A model generated the notes under the pieces. The model worked only from the letters and a program-made list of their open reading frames with translations. It was not told where the DNA came from and did no database searches. Below are positions 1 to 12,664 of a stretch of 64,000 nucleotides of DNA, piece by piece (the stretch's first letter is position 1; every line of letters begins with the position of its first letter). Source of the stretch: Utricularia gibba (taxonomy: Eukaryota; Plantae; Magnoliophyta); contig CM007989.1 of NCBI GenBank assembly GCA_002189035.1, positions 310,001 through 374,000 of the forward strand. Reading direction: 5' to 3'. The position numbers and the translations under genes are program-made.

Positions 1-175
1 AATGCTTGACCCAAGTCACGGTAATGAAACCTGAAAACACTTGAGATTGATGATGGTACACACACGTGACATGCCCCTGGGAGGCAGAGGGTCGATTTGC
101 TGGCGGCGATGATGAGGAGGAGAAGTCTGCAACTTGAGTTCCACTTTCACCGAAACAGGATGGGAAATCCTTCAT
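1..175 (-). CDS. DUF868-family plant protein, 5' part (continues beyond window start)
   Basis: Manual translation from ATG at 175: MKDFPSCFGESGTQVADFSSSSSPPANRPSASQGHVTCVYHHQSQVFSGFITVTWVKH, matching the recalled DUF868 N-terminus (M(K/R)DFPSCFGE..QVAD...VTCVY...ITVTW). Confidence 0.8.
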   Translation of the reverse strand, partial: MKDFPSCFGESGTQVADFSSSSSPPANRPSASQGHVTCVYHHQSQVFSGFITVTWVKH

Positions 176-659
176 TGGTTCTGAATCATGATTTGGGTAT
201 CCCACAGATGGGGTGTTGATATAGCTTGAGAAACTGGGAGAAAGGGACATGTGACAAACACAAGGGCCACACTTTTGATGTCTAGTTGCAGCATCATAAT
301 CACGAGCTGTACTGCGATTCACCCAATGGGGGTGCTGAAAAGAAGCTGCATTGATGTGGAAACTCTTCCTCCCAGAAGTGAAGGCAGAAATGGGCCGGAG
401 ATTTAGTTGAAAATTTTAACACTTCCGATCCCGATCTCCAGCCAAGTTGATTGATGGGTGGACGTGGGTCAAGGCTGCTGGTAAATTATGTAGCAAAGGG
501 GTGTGGCTTTAACTCTTCCCTTCATATTCAACACGGCGATATTAAATAGCGTAACTTGAAGGTATCATCACGCCAGATTTAGATTCATTGAATTGGAATC
601 CAAAAATTAATTCAAAATCAGGAATAAATCAAAAATATATATATTGAATTCGACTTTCA

Positions 660-800
660 ACAAATGGGCCTGCTTGTTCTTGTCCGGCCCATTCCAAGTG
701 AAAGTGTGAGATCGGGCTACTTCTTTTCTGGCCCATGAGAGGGTACTCTCGGTCCATTACTGGGAATAAAAGGCGGCACATGAGTTAGGGTTTCCCTTGC
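660..800 (+). promoter_or_regulatory. Site II (TGGGCY/RGCCCA) elements plus telo-box upstream of RPS24
   Basis: TGGGCC at ~665-670, GGCCCA at ~686-691 and ~730-735, and TTAGGGTTT (telo-box, reverse) at 785-793. This combination is typical of plant ribosomal protein promoters. Confidence 0.7.
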
Positions 801-938
801 GATATAGCCGAGCAGGACGCGACGGTGGTAGGCGGCGTAATCAGTTGAATCTGCGGAGCTATAACGTCAGTTTATCGGATTTGTGTTATTTCGTGTATTT
901 TGCAGCCGTTTTGGTAACATTTTCTCTTTTTACAGGAC

Positions 939-1852
<914 letters not shown>

Positions 1853-2487
1853 GGTCCCCTTGGTATTTTGCTCACCAGACTGCGAACGCTCCTTCCTTTT
1901 TCCCTGTTTTATGTTTGGAACCATGTTAGCTAAGCTCCCTATTTGTTGATCAGTCATATCAGCATGTGTCTTTTTTGGATGTGAGACGGGTATCCACTCT
2001 TATGCATTATCAAACTCTCTCTTATTGACAACAGTAGATGAGCCATGAGGCTTGTCTGCTTGCTTGCTTACCCCTCTTGGCCTTCTTGCATGTGCCTCGG
2101 CACTTGATATGCAAATTTCTAGCACTGCGCTTCTTCAAGTGATGCCCGACACTGTGCTCCTGAAAGACAATAATTTACTCACTGTTTTAAAATTTGGGTT
2201 AAAGGGTCTTGATTGAATAAGATATAGAAAAAGTAAAAATTGTGGTAGTTGAAAATATTAATTAAATAATTATTTGTAATATTTTACAATTATATAAATT
2301 CAGTTTCATTTATTGTAAATATAAATTAATTCAAAATTATCAAGTCAAACGTAAATTTAAGTCAATTTTAAAAGACTCAATTTGATTAGGAATTTTTATT
2401 TTGTACGGAATAACAAGGTATCTGATGTGATGAGCAAGTTTCTGTGGACGCCGTCCAAATTGCCGGCTACTTTTGGGATCTCTAGCA

Positions 2488-3472
<985 letters not shown>

Positions 3473-4396
3473 AACTCAGAGCCCCCTTCAGTGGTTCTGA
3501 ATTAAGGTTCGTCTACGATTAACTTGCGTAGTACCAATCTTGATTGATTTTGTGTTTGATCTTGAATCACCTCACGTTTTCAGTTACTTCTCTCAAAGCT
3601 TCCTGCCCGACTCTGGCATGATACATGTTTAATGAACATGCAAGATTCCCCTATGATCTTGATGTCGGAGCCGCATTCAATTCCTTCCAAGCACGAGAGA
3701 TTCGCACGGACACATGATTCCCATTTACTCTGCTTCTGTGTGCTGATTGCTTGTGATCCCCTTCGAAAAGCAGGCAGGAATATGCATCATCTAGGTATGC
3801 TCACCCCCCTCGTCTTCTCCTCCTTGTCTCATTACACCTTTTTGAGATCAAATCTTGTGTTCAGTAGGTTCTCCGGTGTGATTGATTAGGTATGGAGGCC
3901 CAGCAACACAAAGCCCCGATCGTCACGACAAATCGCAATTAATTCGGACAGCTTGCGTGCGTGATCTCTCTTTATTTTAGTATTTTAATTTTCTGCATCG
4001 ATTTCTCTTATGATTTGAGTGTGGACAAGGACACTCGGACTTTCATTAATGTGCAGGCAGTCAGTCACGTAGAGAACTTTTCCATATTCACCAACACATC
4101 AACCTTTTAATTCTTTTCAGTTTTACCATCTTAAAATAATGCTCTATGTGGATCATATATTATATGATATTATATAGTTTATATATATTTATTGATGATG
4201 AATGAAAATCCATGAAAAAGCTGCAAGCTTTCATCACATTGGTCCCTCCCTCTCCCTGCATTGCTCTCCATTCAAACGGTAAAAAGAAGAACACCCCAAG
4301 AACCATCGCTTCTGATTACAACGGGATACTCACAGGGGTGATGATGATTTTCGTTCTTCTGGAAATCCCTTCTGGGTTTTGTGTCGGTTTCAACTT

Positions 4397-4887
4397 TCAA
4401 GCCATGAGGGAAACGAGCAGATCTGCAAAAGCAGCAACGATGAACTTGTGGGTGTTGGCAGGATTCAGCGACAGGTAGCACATCAAGAGCCGATGGAGGA
4501 AGTCCCAGTTTTCTCCCACATCTTGGATTTTATAGGCGTCCACCATTTCCTGCATCGATGCCCTGAAGTCCAGGAATGGGGCGGCGGAGTATGTCGGGAC
4601 CGCCACGCCGCAGCCGCCTACGGGGAGGGGTCCGGGAAGGAGGAGGAGGAGGAGGAGCAGGAGTCGATGATGGAGTTGGAGCGTCCGGGGGAGGAGAAGA
4701 AGAATCTCTGGGAGGCGACGGCGGTGGCGAAGTCCGGCGTAGAGGGCCCGGATTCGGATGAGGAGGATACAGCGGTCTCGTAGAGGGAGTTGAAGAGGAG
4801 GGAGGGGTCGATTCCGCGGTGGTTCTCCGGCGAGGAGGGTGATAAAGACCCGATCTTGGCGAGGCAGAAATTGAGGTTCCACGCCAT
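4397..4887 (-). CDS. OFP: OVATE family protein (OFP), single exon, apparent -1 frameshift at ~4622-4630
   Basis: N-terminal frame MAWNLNFCLAKI...RFFFSSPGRSNSIIDS and C-terminal frame VAVPTYSAAPFLDFRASMQEMV...FLHRLLMCYLSLNPANTHKFIVAAFADLL (OVATE domain) join if one C is added to the G4AG4 run. Confidence 0.85.
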
Positions 4888-5330
4888 TGGATGGAAACAG
4901 TTCCGAGAGAAGACGGGAAGTAGCAGCGAATCAAGTTTCGGATAAAAAAAAAGGAAAAGAAAAGAAAAATGTATAATTATTTAATTTCCTAGTTGCTTTA
5001 AATTCAAGACACACAGCGTGGTGCGTAGAGCTGGAATTTTATTTTTATTTGGAAACGAGGTCCCCATAATTCTTCCTAATTAAATATTGGTGCCTGAGTT
5101 TTTCTTTTTTCTGTAAATGACACACCCGTGGCCATCTCCGAGGCGGATGAACAAAAGCAACTCTCAGGTCCAAGTTCCATGGTGCGCAACCACAGAAACC
5201 TAAAGGAGAGAGACATCTGCCCGTACAAAAATCTCTACTGAGAGACTATCTGCAATATTTTACCAGTTGTCAAAAGTGGCGAGTTTCAAAAATCTCTACT
5301 GCATCGCCCAGACTCCAAGATTTTGACAGT

Positions 5331-6454
5331 TCAGTCAGCTGCCGCCGCAGCTGCCGCATTCCCTGCGGCCGCCGGAACAGGTTTATTGCCTTTGCGGCCC
5401 TGAAAATGTAGTGCTTTTGTTGTTTTACCCTCCTACATCCACTAAAAGGAACAATAGTTTAAAAAAATGGCCATCACTTGGCTCACCTTGGGGAACATTT
5501 TTCTGTACATATTAGCGTCTTTCTTGTTCCTCTGCTTAACTTCCTCCTCGAACTTTTTGAACTGTACCTGCAACTCCCTTGTCACAGTAAAAACAGAGGC
5601 TCTGGTGAACAAAACTGATTGACCAGCGTGGAAAAGATGTATTGGAAAGCAAGGTAACTAACGTATTAGAGTAATAGAAGTAACCTGTTGAGAGGATCGA
5701 TCTCTAGAGCTTTTTTGAAATCCGTCTCCGCAGACGCTAAGCCCCCCATGTTCATGGAGCTTTGCCCCCTTTTACACAAGGCCCTGACGTTTCTACTCTG
5801 CATCTCTAACACCTTCACAACCCAACGCACTCATCATAAATTTAGCAGTGTGGATAGTGATCAAACGTGTGTGAAGAAATGAAGTAGCACCTCTGTGCAG
5901 AGCGCTGTAGCCTGGTTATTATTTTTGAGCTTGAGCATGGAAGCTGCGTTGTTCAGCTTACAGGCTATCTTCAGATCTCTGGACTGTTTCTTCTCAACTT
6001 CGTTGAAGAACTCATCGCACCCCAGAAACTCAACCACCTGGCACCAATCAGAAAACCCCATATCAACTAAAGATGCTTATCATCACAACGTGAGACAAAA
6101 CCGAACCTCTTCATATTTTCTGCTGGCTTTGGCGAACTTTCCAGCTTTGAACAAAGCACCCGCTTTCTTCTTATCCTTAGTTGCCGCCTTTAGCATCTTT
6201 CGAGCTTTCGCTTCCAGACTCTCCTCGTCGGCCCTCTGCAGCAAATCAGCGTTAAATGAAGTTCAGGATATGGAGGATTTGCATGAATCTAAAATTACTT
6301 TTTGCAGTACGAACTCGACTTCTTGGCATGAAACGCTTTCAGGGGTAAGCGTCAGCTTCCTGAGGTTAACGATGGCTATCCCCAAGTCTTCCATAATTTG
6401 TGTTCTAGTTCTAACAACAGTCAGCTCTTGCCCCTCATCTTCTTTGTTTTCCAT
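5331..6454 (-). CDS. TPR-domain protein homologous to the C-terminal part of ROF1/ROF2 (FKBP62/65), lacking PPIase domains; about 239 aa, 6 exons
   Basis: Exons 6454-6299, 6235-6107, 6037-5891, 5812-5685, 5577-5487, 5399-5331 splice in frame. Motifs ALFKAGKFAKASRKYEE, IACKLNNAASMLKLK, NVRALCKRGQ, DFKKALEIDPLN and NKKDANMYRKMFPK resemble the ROF TPR and CaM-binding tail. Confidence 0.82.
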
Positions 6455-6524
6455 GTAGGAAGCTTACAAGTTAAAAAGTCCGTAAGACAAAAGGAATAAT
6501 ACCGAACACTGTGAATGCGGTCCA

Positions 6525-6664
6525 TTTATAGTTGGAATGAAACTGGAGCGGCGGCGAGTGGTCGACACGTGCTAAGGGCACCGCCGTTAACGTGGCACTG
6601 ACTTGAAGCTTCTGTCCCCAGCGGCACCACACGTGGTGGAGGTGTGGCTGAATGTACCCACGTC
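6525..6664 (-). promoter_or_regulatory. TATA box and ABRE/G-box cluster upstream of the TPR gene
   Basis: TATAAAT (minus) at ~6525-6531, CACGTG at 6566-6571 and 6630-6635, ACGTGGC at 6590-6596, CACGTC at 6659-6664. Confidence 0.65.
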
Positions 6665-6853
6665 GCTTTTATGTTTTTCTCAAGAATATACTTATATTTT
6701 GAAAAATGGCAGTGCCTTCTAGAAACAGTATAGTAATTACTATTTTTTTAATACCAAAAAAATAACATGGTCCTGTTTTTGCATTTGTTGACGCATTGTA
6801 AAAGGGAAAATTTAGCACTTCAACTACAAGTGAAAGACAGTAGCACCAGAAGC

Positions 6854-7306
6854 TCAAGTTTTTTCGTTCGCCGCCGCGGCCACCAACATCGCCTCCGTAA
6901 CTCCACCGACGGCGGCGGGGTTCTTGCCTTTCTCAGCCTCCGCGATCGCCACGGCGTCATCCGTTGTCACCGGCTTGTCTTCGGCTAGTCTCGCTTTGGC
7001 ACCCTGAAAAGCTTGCACAAGTATTATCGGAGAAAAAAGCCATGTTGAATAATGAAGAGGCTTTACCGGTAACACATCACCCAGCTTAGTTTTTTCGTAA
7101 ACATTCGTTGTTTTGACGTTATGCGTTGCGGCCGACTGCGTTTCAGCGGCCACGCCGGCCGCAACCACGGTCCCGGTAGCCCGAGTCTCCGCTTCCTTTA
7201 CGGCCAAAGCGTCCGGTTGGGACACGCGTTTGTCGTACGCCTTGGCTGCTTGCTCCAGAGCATCACCGATGGTGACCCTCCTCCCGTCCTCCTGATTCAT
7301 TGCCAT
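6854..7306 (-). CDS. LEA seed maturation protein (SMP / D-34 family), copy 1, 2 exons
   Basis: Exons 7306-7067 and 7003-6854 with a 63-nt GT-AG intron. SMP motifs VTIGDALE, DALAVKEAETRATG, GVAAETQSAA, KTKLGDVL, DKPVTTDDA. Confidence 0.9.
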   Translation of the reverse strand: MAMNQEDGRRVTIGDALEQAAKAYDKRVSQPDALAVKEAETRATGTVVAAGVAAETQSAATHNVKTTNVYEKTKLGDVLPVKPLHYSTWLFSPIILVQAFQGAKARLAEDKPVTTDDAVAIAEAEKGKNPAAVGGVTEAMLVAAAANEKT

Positions 7307-7330
7307 TTACGCGTCTGTTGCAGTATGGAA

Positions 7331-7400
7331 GCTTGTTTATATATCCGAGGAGGCAGTGAGGCTAAGGCAAAGTGTCGATGGCCACGTGTCCGACACGCTG
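7331..7400 (-). promoter_or_regulatory. Proximal promoter of LEA copy 1: TATA box and ABRE/G-box
   Basis: TATATAAA (minus) at ~7336-7343, GCCACGTGTC at 7381-7390 (G-box 7383-7388), followed by CCGACACG. Confidence 0.7.
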
Positions 7401-7409
7401 AGTTACTCC

Positions 7410-7939
7410 TGTTGGACGGTGATGTTGAAACTGAGAAAAATCAGAAGCACCAGGGACCTGAGGCAGAAGAGCGTGAGCCGAAGGGAAACGATGCGAGGGA
7501 GGAAAACTGTCGCAGAAATTCCATCACCAGAAATCAGAGGGAAAATGCAGACAATTGACTTATTGTTATGGGCCCAATAAACAGTATACCAGGTCATATA
7601 TGCAAGCAGAAGTTCGTTGAGCCCTGCAATGTCCCAAGCCCAATCCAGTAGAGAGCATCCTCTCCCACGAGATGACCGTTCTGCTGAAGGAGAACGGAAA
7701 CAGAAATTCTCAGAGGATAAGATATCGCGAATCACACAGCCTAACGGCTATTTTTCTGTTCTATAAATATGGCTTCGTTGTAAAGGAGAAATATGCTATT
7801 TTTGTAGCTGAAAAACCTCAATACAATATCCAAATCTCCAACAACATCCATTCTCAAACACCAACATCAGCAAAATTATCCTGTCAACCCTCATTACCAC
7901 ATTGGAAATCATCTATTGACCTTATTCAGACTTCCAATA
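7410..7939 (+). repeat. 5' LTR (530 bp, TGTTGGA...TCCAATA)
   Basis: Direct repeat of 12423-12939, differing by 4 substitutions (7519, 7554, 7556, 7748) and a 13-bp indel near the 3' end. Internal TATA (CTATAAATA) at 7761-7769. Confidence 0.96.
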
Positions 7940-7957
7940 TGGTGAACCCGACGTGAA
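7940..7957 (+). other. Primer-binding site TGGTGAACCCGACGTGAA, complementary to the 3' end of cytosolic tRNA-Trp
   Basis: Starts with TGG directly after the 5' LTR. The reverse complement TTCACGTCGGGTTCACCA matches my recall of the plant tRNA-Trp(CCA) 3' end plus CCA. Confidence 0.8.
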
Positions 7958-8089
7958 GCGAAATCCACACGTTCCTCCTCTGACAAGTTCAAGATCAAGG
8001 AAAAAAGGATATCGCAAGTAAGTGAAAATCCTGAAGAACTTTCTACTGACTGAGGTTACTTACCTTACTCATGAAACCAAATCCACAAA

Positions 8090-11000
8090 ATGGAAGGACC
8101 ACCTGTTTTCAATGGACAAGACTATGATATTTGGGCTAAACTCATGGAGGATTACCTGGATATGCATGACCTCTGGACTGTCTTCGAGGAATCCAGCAGT
8201 CAAGACCCTCCACAAAAATCCGATGAAGTTGCAAGACTAGTAAAAAAAGCCAAGGTTATTCTGGGAAAAGCAGTAACCACTGAAGTATACAAACAGATTC
8301 TACAATGCAAAGGACCGAAAGAGGCTTGGGAACAACTGAAAGATATCTACGGCAAAGACAAGAACTCTCAAAAAATAGAGATATCTCATAACTGGAACCG
8401 CTTTGAGAATCTAACATTCACTCCAGGTATGACAATAAATCAGTTTTCTGAGCTTCTAAAGGGTACAGTTTTGCAGCTTCAATTGTTGGGTGAACGAGTT
8501 GATGATGACCGAATCAAAAGAAGGGTTATAAATGCTTTACCCAGAGTCTATGCTCCGGTTATCTCTGGTCTCCGTGTAAACCGCACACTACACACCATGA
8601 GTTCCAAAGAGTTGCTAGAAGGACTTGCAGAAGAAGAAAATGAAGGAAATTTATTCACTCAAACACAAGACTTGGCCTTCAAAGCCACCGAAAACCCAGC
8701 CTACAGCCACACCAATGCTGGAAATCAAACACACTACGTACCTCCATCAGAAAACAGAGCTGTCATATTCCAAGCGAAATCAGAGAAGACACACACTGGT
8801 GAGCAGTGTACATTTTGCAAACGCAAGGGGCACCATCCCTCTCAATGCTTCTGGAACCCCGAAGCAGTGTGCTCCTATTGTTCGTTGAGAGGGCATGTGG
8901 AAAAGGTGTGCCCTCTGAGGAGGTATCATCAACTAGGAGGAAAAAACACAGAAGCTATTGAAAAATCAGTCAACATGATGCATGATGTAAAACTTTCTGC
9001 TGAAGTAAATAAGAAGCAAGTTGAACTCTACTCCTTGTGTCAACTTAACACTATGGTTACCTCGTTTACGGACTTGAGAAAACAAGAGGTGTGGCTAATA
9101 GACAGCGGATGTAGCCATCATCTGACAAACAACAAAGACTCCTTCTCAATACTCACAGAACTCACTGGAAAATTCATTGAAATCGCAGATGGGAAACAAA
9201 TACCTGTAAGAGGGCAAGGAACGGTCCTCATTGAGACTGACCAAAGATTGATCAAACTTACTGACGTATACTTTGTACCAGAAGCTTCTCACAACCTGCT
9301 TAGTATAGGACAACTAGTTGAAAAAGGGTTCAAGGTGTATCTTGAAGAAAATCAGTGTACTATAAGGGACTCTGATAGCAACATTATTCTTACCGCTCGG
9401 ATGCACAACAGAGTATTTCCACTAAACCTAAGAGATCCACCCACAGACCAGGCCCTATGCCTCACTGCCTCTGAAACAACACGCCTCTGGCACAAGAGAA
9501 TGGGACACCATCACTATGCAGCCCTATCTCACCTATACAAGAGGAACCTGGCAGAAGGAATATCGAATATTAGTGGGAAAGAAAACACCTGTAGAATCTG
9601 TGCAGAATGCAAGATGGACAGAAAATCGTTTCCCAAACTTGCTCTTCCATCTGAAACCAAACTGGCAGTAGTCACTACCGACGTGTGTGGCCCCATGAGA
9701 ACTCCTACACGAGTGGGGAACAGATACTATGTCATATTCGTAGATGAGCATACTAAGTATACTTGGATTTATCTACTGAAGCAGAAATCAGAAGTGGTAC
9801 ATCACTTTAAAATATTCAAGGCATTATCAGAAGCTCAAAGTGGAAGAAAGATACTTACACTGCGTTCCGACAATGGAGGAGAGTACTGCTCGTCTGAGCT
9901 GAAAGAGTTATGTGAACTGAACGGTATTGTGCACCAATTTACAGCACCTTACTCCCCAGAACAGAATGGAATCTGTGAAAGACGAAATAGAATCATAGTG
10001 AACATGGCAAGGTGCCTACTCTATGAAAAAAACCTGCCTGCCCACTTCTGGGGAGAAGCTGTAAACACCGCGGTGTACCTGCTCAATCGGCTTCCCTCAA
10101 AAGGAATTCCAGAACACAAGACTCCCTATGAATTATGGCACAACAAAACACCGGATTTGAGCCACATAAGAATATTTGGGTCAATCTGCTACATACATAT
10201 TCCACAGGAAAAAAGAAGCAAATGGAGCAAAAAATCAGAATCGGGAATTCTGCTTGGTTACAGCGAGACAAGTAAAGCTTATAGGGTACTGAATCTAAAA
10301 ACAGATGAAGTACAAATCAGCAGAGATATCATTGTGGATGAATCTGAAAGTCATGATTGGAATCACAGCTCATCACTAAAGGAAAATTGCAGAACACAAC
10401 TCTCAAGATCACGAAATCCTTTTCCTCTCGAAGAGCAAACTTTATTATTTGAAGCTCACCACCAGAATATACAGACTCAAGAACATATGTCACCTACGCC
10501 AGAAACTGGAACAACCACTCCTATACCACCTGAATCGGAGAGAACACCTGCAAGAGAGAACGAGGTGGAATTATCTACAGCACACAATCGGACTCACCTA
10601 CCTAATGAAGAGCCTCTCTCATCTACTCCCGAAAGATCAATCGAAGAGGAACACTCAACAGATGAACAGGTAACTCAAGATGTACCAGAATTAACAGAGG
10701 ATGTTACAATCAGAAAGAGTCTACGACATAAGACACAACCTGTGTGGATGGATGACTATGCATGTGCAGTTTCTGAAAAGAAAAAGGAACTCAAGTTTCA
10801 GGAAAACCACGACAGCAACATGGAAGAATTGTCCAACTTCTCAATATATGAACCCATCAGTGTTCTAGAAGCACTAAGGGACCCAGAGTGGAGAAAATCA
10901 ATAGAAAATGAATTCGACTCTATAGAAAAACATGGAGTATGGACTGCTGTACCGAAACCACAAGGTATAAAACCTCTAGACCTTAAATTCATATTCAGAC

Positions 11001-12664
11001 CAAAGCTGAACCCAGATGGCAGTTTAAACAAAAGAAAAGCAAGACTAGTGGTGAAAGGGTACCTTCAAAAAGCAGGGGTTGACTATTTCGACACCTTTGC
11101 ACCTGTGGCACGGTTGGACACCATTAAATTGGTGATAGCACTGGCTGCCTGCAACAAATGGAACTTGCATCACCTTGATATCAAAACAGCATTTTTACAT
11201 GGAGAACTCACGGAAGACATCTATGTCAACCCTCCCCCAGGTTTTTTCATCAAGAATAATCCGGATCACATTCTGAAACTTAACAAAGCTTTGTATGGGC
11301 TCAAACAGGCCCCTAAGGAGTGGTACTCAACCATAGATGCATTTTTCTTAGAGCAAGGCTACACAAGGAGCAAGAATGATACTACACTTTACATACTAGA
11401 TGACCAGAGAGGAAAAATCATAATATCACTGTACGTGGACGACATTTTGATAACTGGCAGCAGTGAGGAACTGATCTCAGTACAAAAGAGCCTACTACAA
11501 ATAAGATTTGAACTAACTGACCTTGGACTAGCTCAGTATTTTCTGGGGATGGAAATTGTGCAAGAAGAGGACTTCATATTTCTGAACCAGAGAAAGTACA
11601 TCGAGGACTTGCTGAAAAGGATGAATATGAACAACTCAAAGCCCTCATCTACACCGTTTCCACCTGAAATTAAACAGAAATTGGCCAAACAAGAGGGTAT
11701 ACCTGCTGATGTGCAAGAATATCAAAAGATCATTGGGACGCTGATGTACCTCACGGCTACAAGGCCTGACGTAACATTTGCAGTATCCTTCTTATCCAGG
11801 TTTATGCACTGCCCACACACGATACACATGGAAATAACAAGAAAAGTGCTCAGATATTTAAATTCGACTATTTCACTTGGTCTCTGCTATAAGAAAGGAA
11901 CTAACCCCATATTGCAAGGGTTTGTTGACTCCGATTTTGCAGAAGACGAACAGGAATGCAAGTCAACCACTGGCTACCTCTTCAACTTGGGATCGGCTGT
12001 CTTTGCTTGGAACAGCAGAAAACAGGATGTCACCGCTCAATCCTCTGCAGAAGCAGAGTACGTCGCTGGAGCTTCAGCTGCAAACCATGCGCAATGGCTC
12101 ATCAAAATCTGCGAAGATCTGAAAATTGCAATAAAGAAACCAGTGATTCTCAAGATAGACAACAAGTCAGCCATAAGCATAGCACACAATCCGGTAATGT
12201 TTGGAAGAACGAAGCACATCAAAATCAAGTATCATGTGCTTCGTGATTATGTGAAAGAAGGATCAATTGCCCTAGAGCATGTACCATCAGAGGAACAAGC
12301 AGCGGATATACTCACCAAAAGCTTATTTCCCAAACATTTCAACAAAATCAGGGAAATGCTAGGGCTCAGAAACATACCTATGGAAAAATCTCCCCTGTCT
12401 CCTTTTCAACATCAAGGGAGGATGTTGGACGGTGATGTTGAAACTGAGAAAAATCAGAAGCACCAGGGACCTGAGGCAGAAGAGCGTGAGCCGAAGGGAA
12501 ACGATGCGAGGGAGGAAAACTGTCGCAGAAAGTCCATCACCAGAAATCAGAGGGAAAATGCAGACACTGGACTTATTGTTATGGGCCCAATAAACAGTAT
12601 ACCAGGTCATATATGCAAGCAGAAGTTCGTTGAGCCCTGCAATGTCCCAAGCCCAATCCAGTAG
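8090..12664 (+). CDS. Copia gag-pol polyprotein, 1524 aa
   Basis: Two CCHC knuckles (CTFCKRKGHHPSQC, CSYCSLRGHVEKVC), protease WLIDSGCSHH, integrase LWHKRMGH..C..C and RSDNGGEY/QNGICER, RT KARLVVKG and LYVDD, RNase H SAEAEY/IDNKSAI/ADILTK. Confidence 0.97.
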   Translation: MEGPPVFNGQDYDIWAKLMEDYLDMHDLWTVFEESSSQDPPQKSDEVARLVKKAKVILGKAVTTEVYKQILQCKGPKEAWEQLKDIYGKDKNSQKIEISHNWNRFENLTFTPGMTINQFSELLKGTVLQLQLLGERVDDDRIKRRVINALPRVYAPVISGLRVNRTLHTMSSKELLEGLAEEENEGNLFTQTQDLAFKATENPAYSHTNAGNQTHYVPPSENRAVIFQAKSEKTHTGEQCTFCKRKGHHPSQCFWNPEAVCSYCSLRGHVEKVCPLRRYHQLGGKNTEAIEKSVNMMHDVKLSAEVNKKQVELYSLCQLNTMVTSFTDLRKQEVWLIDSGCSHHLTNNKDSFSILTELTGKFIEIADGKQIPVRGQGTVLIETDQRLIKLTDVYFVPEASHNLLSIGQLVEKGFKVYLEENQCTIRDSDSNIILTARMHNRVFPLNLRDPPTDQALCLTASETTRLWHKRMGHHHYAALSHLYKRNLAEGISNISGKENTCRICAECKMDRKSFPKLALPSETKLAVVTTDVCGPMRTPTRVGNRYYVIFVDEHTKYTWIYLLKQKSEVVHHFKIFKALSEAQSGRKILTLRSDNGGEYCSSELKELCELNGIVHQFTAPYSPEQNGICERRNRIIVNMARCLLYEKNLPAHFWGEAVNTAVYLLNRLPSKGIPEHKTPYELWHNKTPDLSHIRIFGSICYIHIPQEKRSKWSKKSESGILLGYSETSKAYRVLNLKTDEVQISRDIIVDESESHDWNHSSSLKENCRTQLSRSRNPFPLEEQTLLFEAHHQNIQTQEHMSPTPETGTTTPIPPESERTPARENEVELSTAHNRTHLPNEEPLSSTPERSIEEEHSTDEQVTQDVPELTEDVTIRKSLRHKTQPVWMDDYACAVSEKKKELKFQENHDSNMEELSNFSIYEPISVLEALRDPEWRKSIENEFDSIEKHGVWTAVPKPQGIKPLDLKFIFRPKLNPDGSLNKRKARLVVKGYLQKAGVDYFDTFAPVARLDTIKLVIALAACNKWNLHHLDIKTAFLHGELTEDIYVNPPPGFFIKNNPDHILKLNKALYGLKQAPKEWYSTIDAFFLEQGYTRSKNDTTLYILDDQRGKIIISLYVDDILITGSSEELISVQKSLLQIRFELTDLGLAQYFLGMEIVQEEDFIFLNQRKYIEDLLKRMNMNNSKPSSTPFPPEIKQKLAKQEGIPADVQEYQKIIGTLMYLTATRPDVTFAVSFLSRFMHCPHTIHMEITRKVLRYLNSTISLGLCYKKGTNPILQGFVDSDFAEDEQECKSTTGYLFNLGSAVFAWNSRKQDVTAQSSAEAEYVAGASAANHAQWLIKICEDLKIAIKKPVILKIDNKSAISIAHNPVMFGRTKHIKIKYHVLRDYVKEGSIALEHVPSEEQAADILTKSLFPKHFNKIREMLGLRNIPMEKSPLSPFQHQGRMLDGDVETEKNQKHQGPEAEEREPKGNDAREENCRRKSITRNQRENADTGLIVMGPINSIPGHICKQKFVEPCNVPSPIQ
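12414..12422 (+). other. Polypurine tract AAGGGAGGA
   Basis: Purine run immediately 5' of the 3' LTR start at 12423. Confidence 0.8.

Noticed and set aside
3770-3900. Exon-like blocks with GT/AG sites downstream of the RPS18 pseudogene
   Set aside because: No coherent ORF or recognisable homology.
4379-4934. Several overlapping ORFs of 60-134 aa around the OFP gene
   Set aside because: Shadow frames of a GC-rich exon with a GGA repeat.
5226-5301. 15-bp direct repeat CAAAAATCTCTACTG (5226-5240, 5287-5301)
   Set aside because: Too long for a typical TSD, no element structure between the copies; likely a micro-duplication in a 3' UTR.
7600-7725. GAA/TTC motifs in the LTR as heat-shock elements
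   Set aside because: Spacing is 1 nt, not the nGAAnnTTCn pattern, and there is no three-unit array.
7121-7956. ORFs overlapping the 5' LTR (and the duplicates at 12359-12954)
   Set aside because: Explained by LTR sequence and the antisense LEA gene; no independent support.
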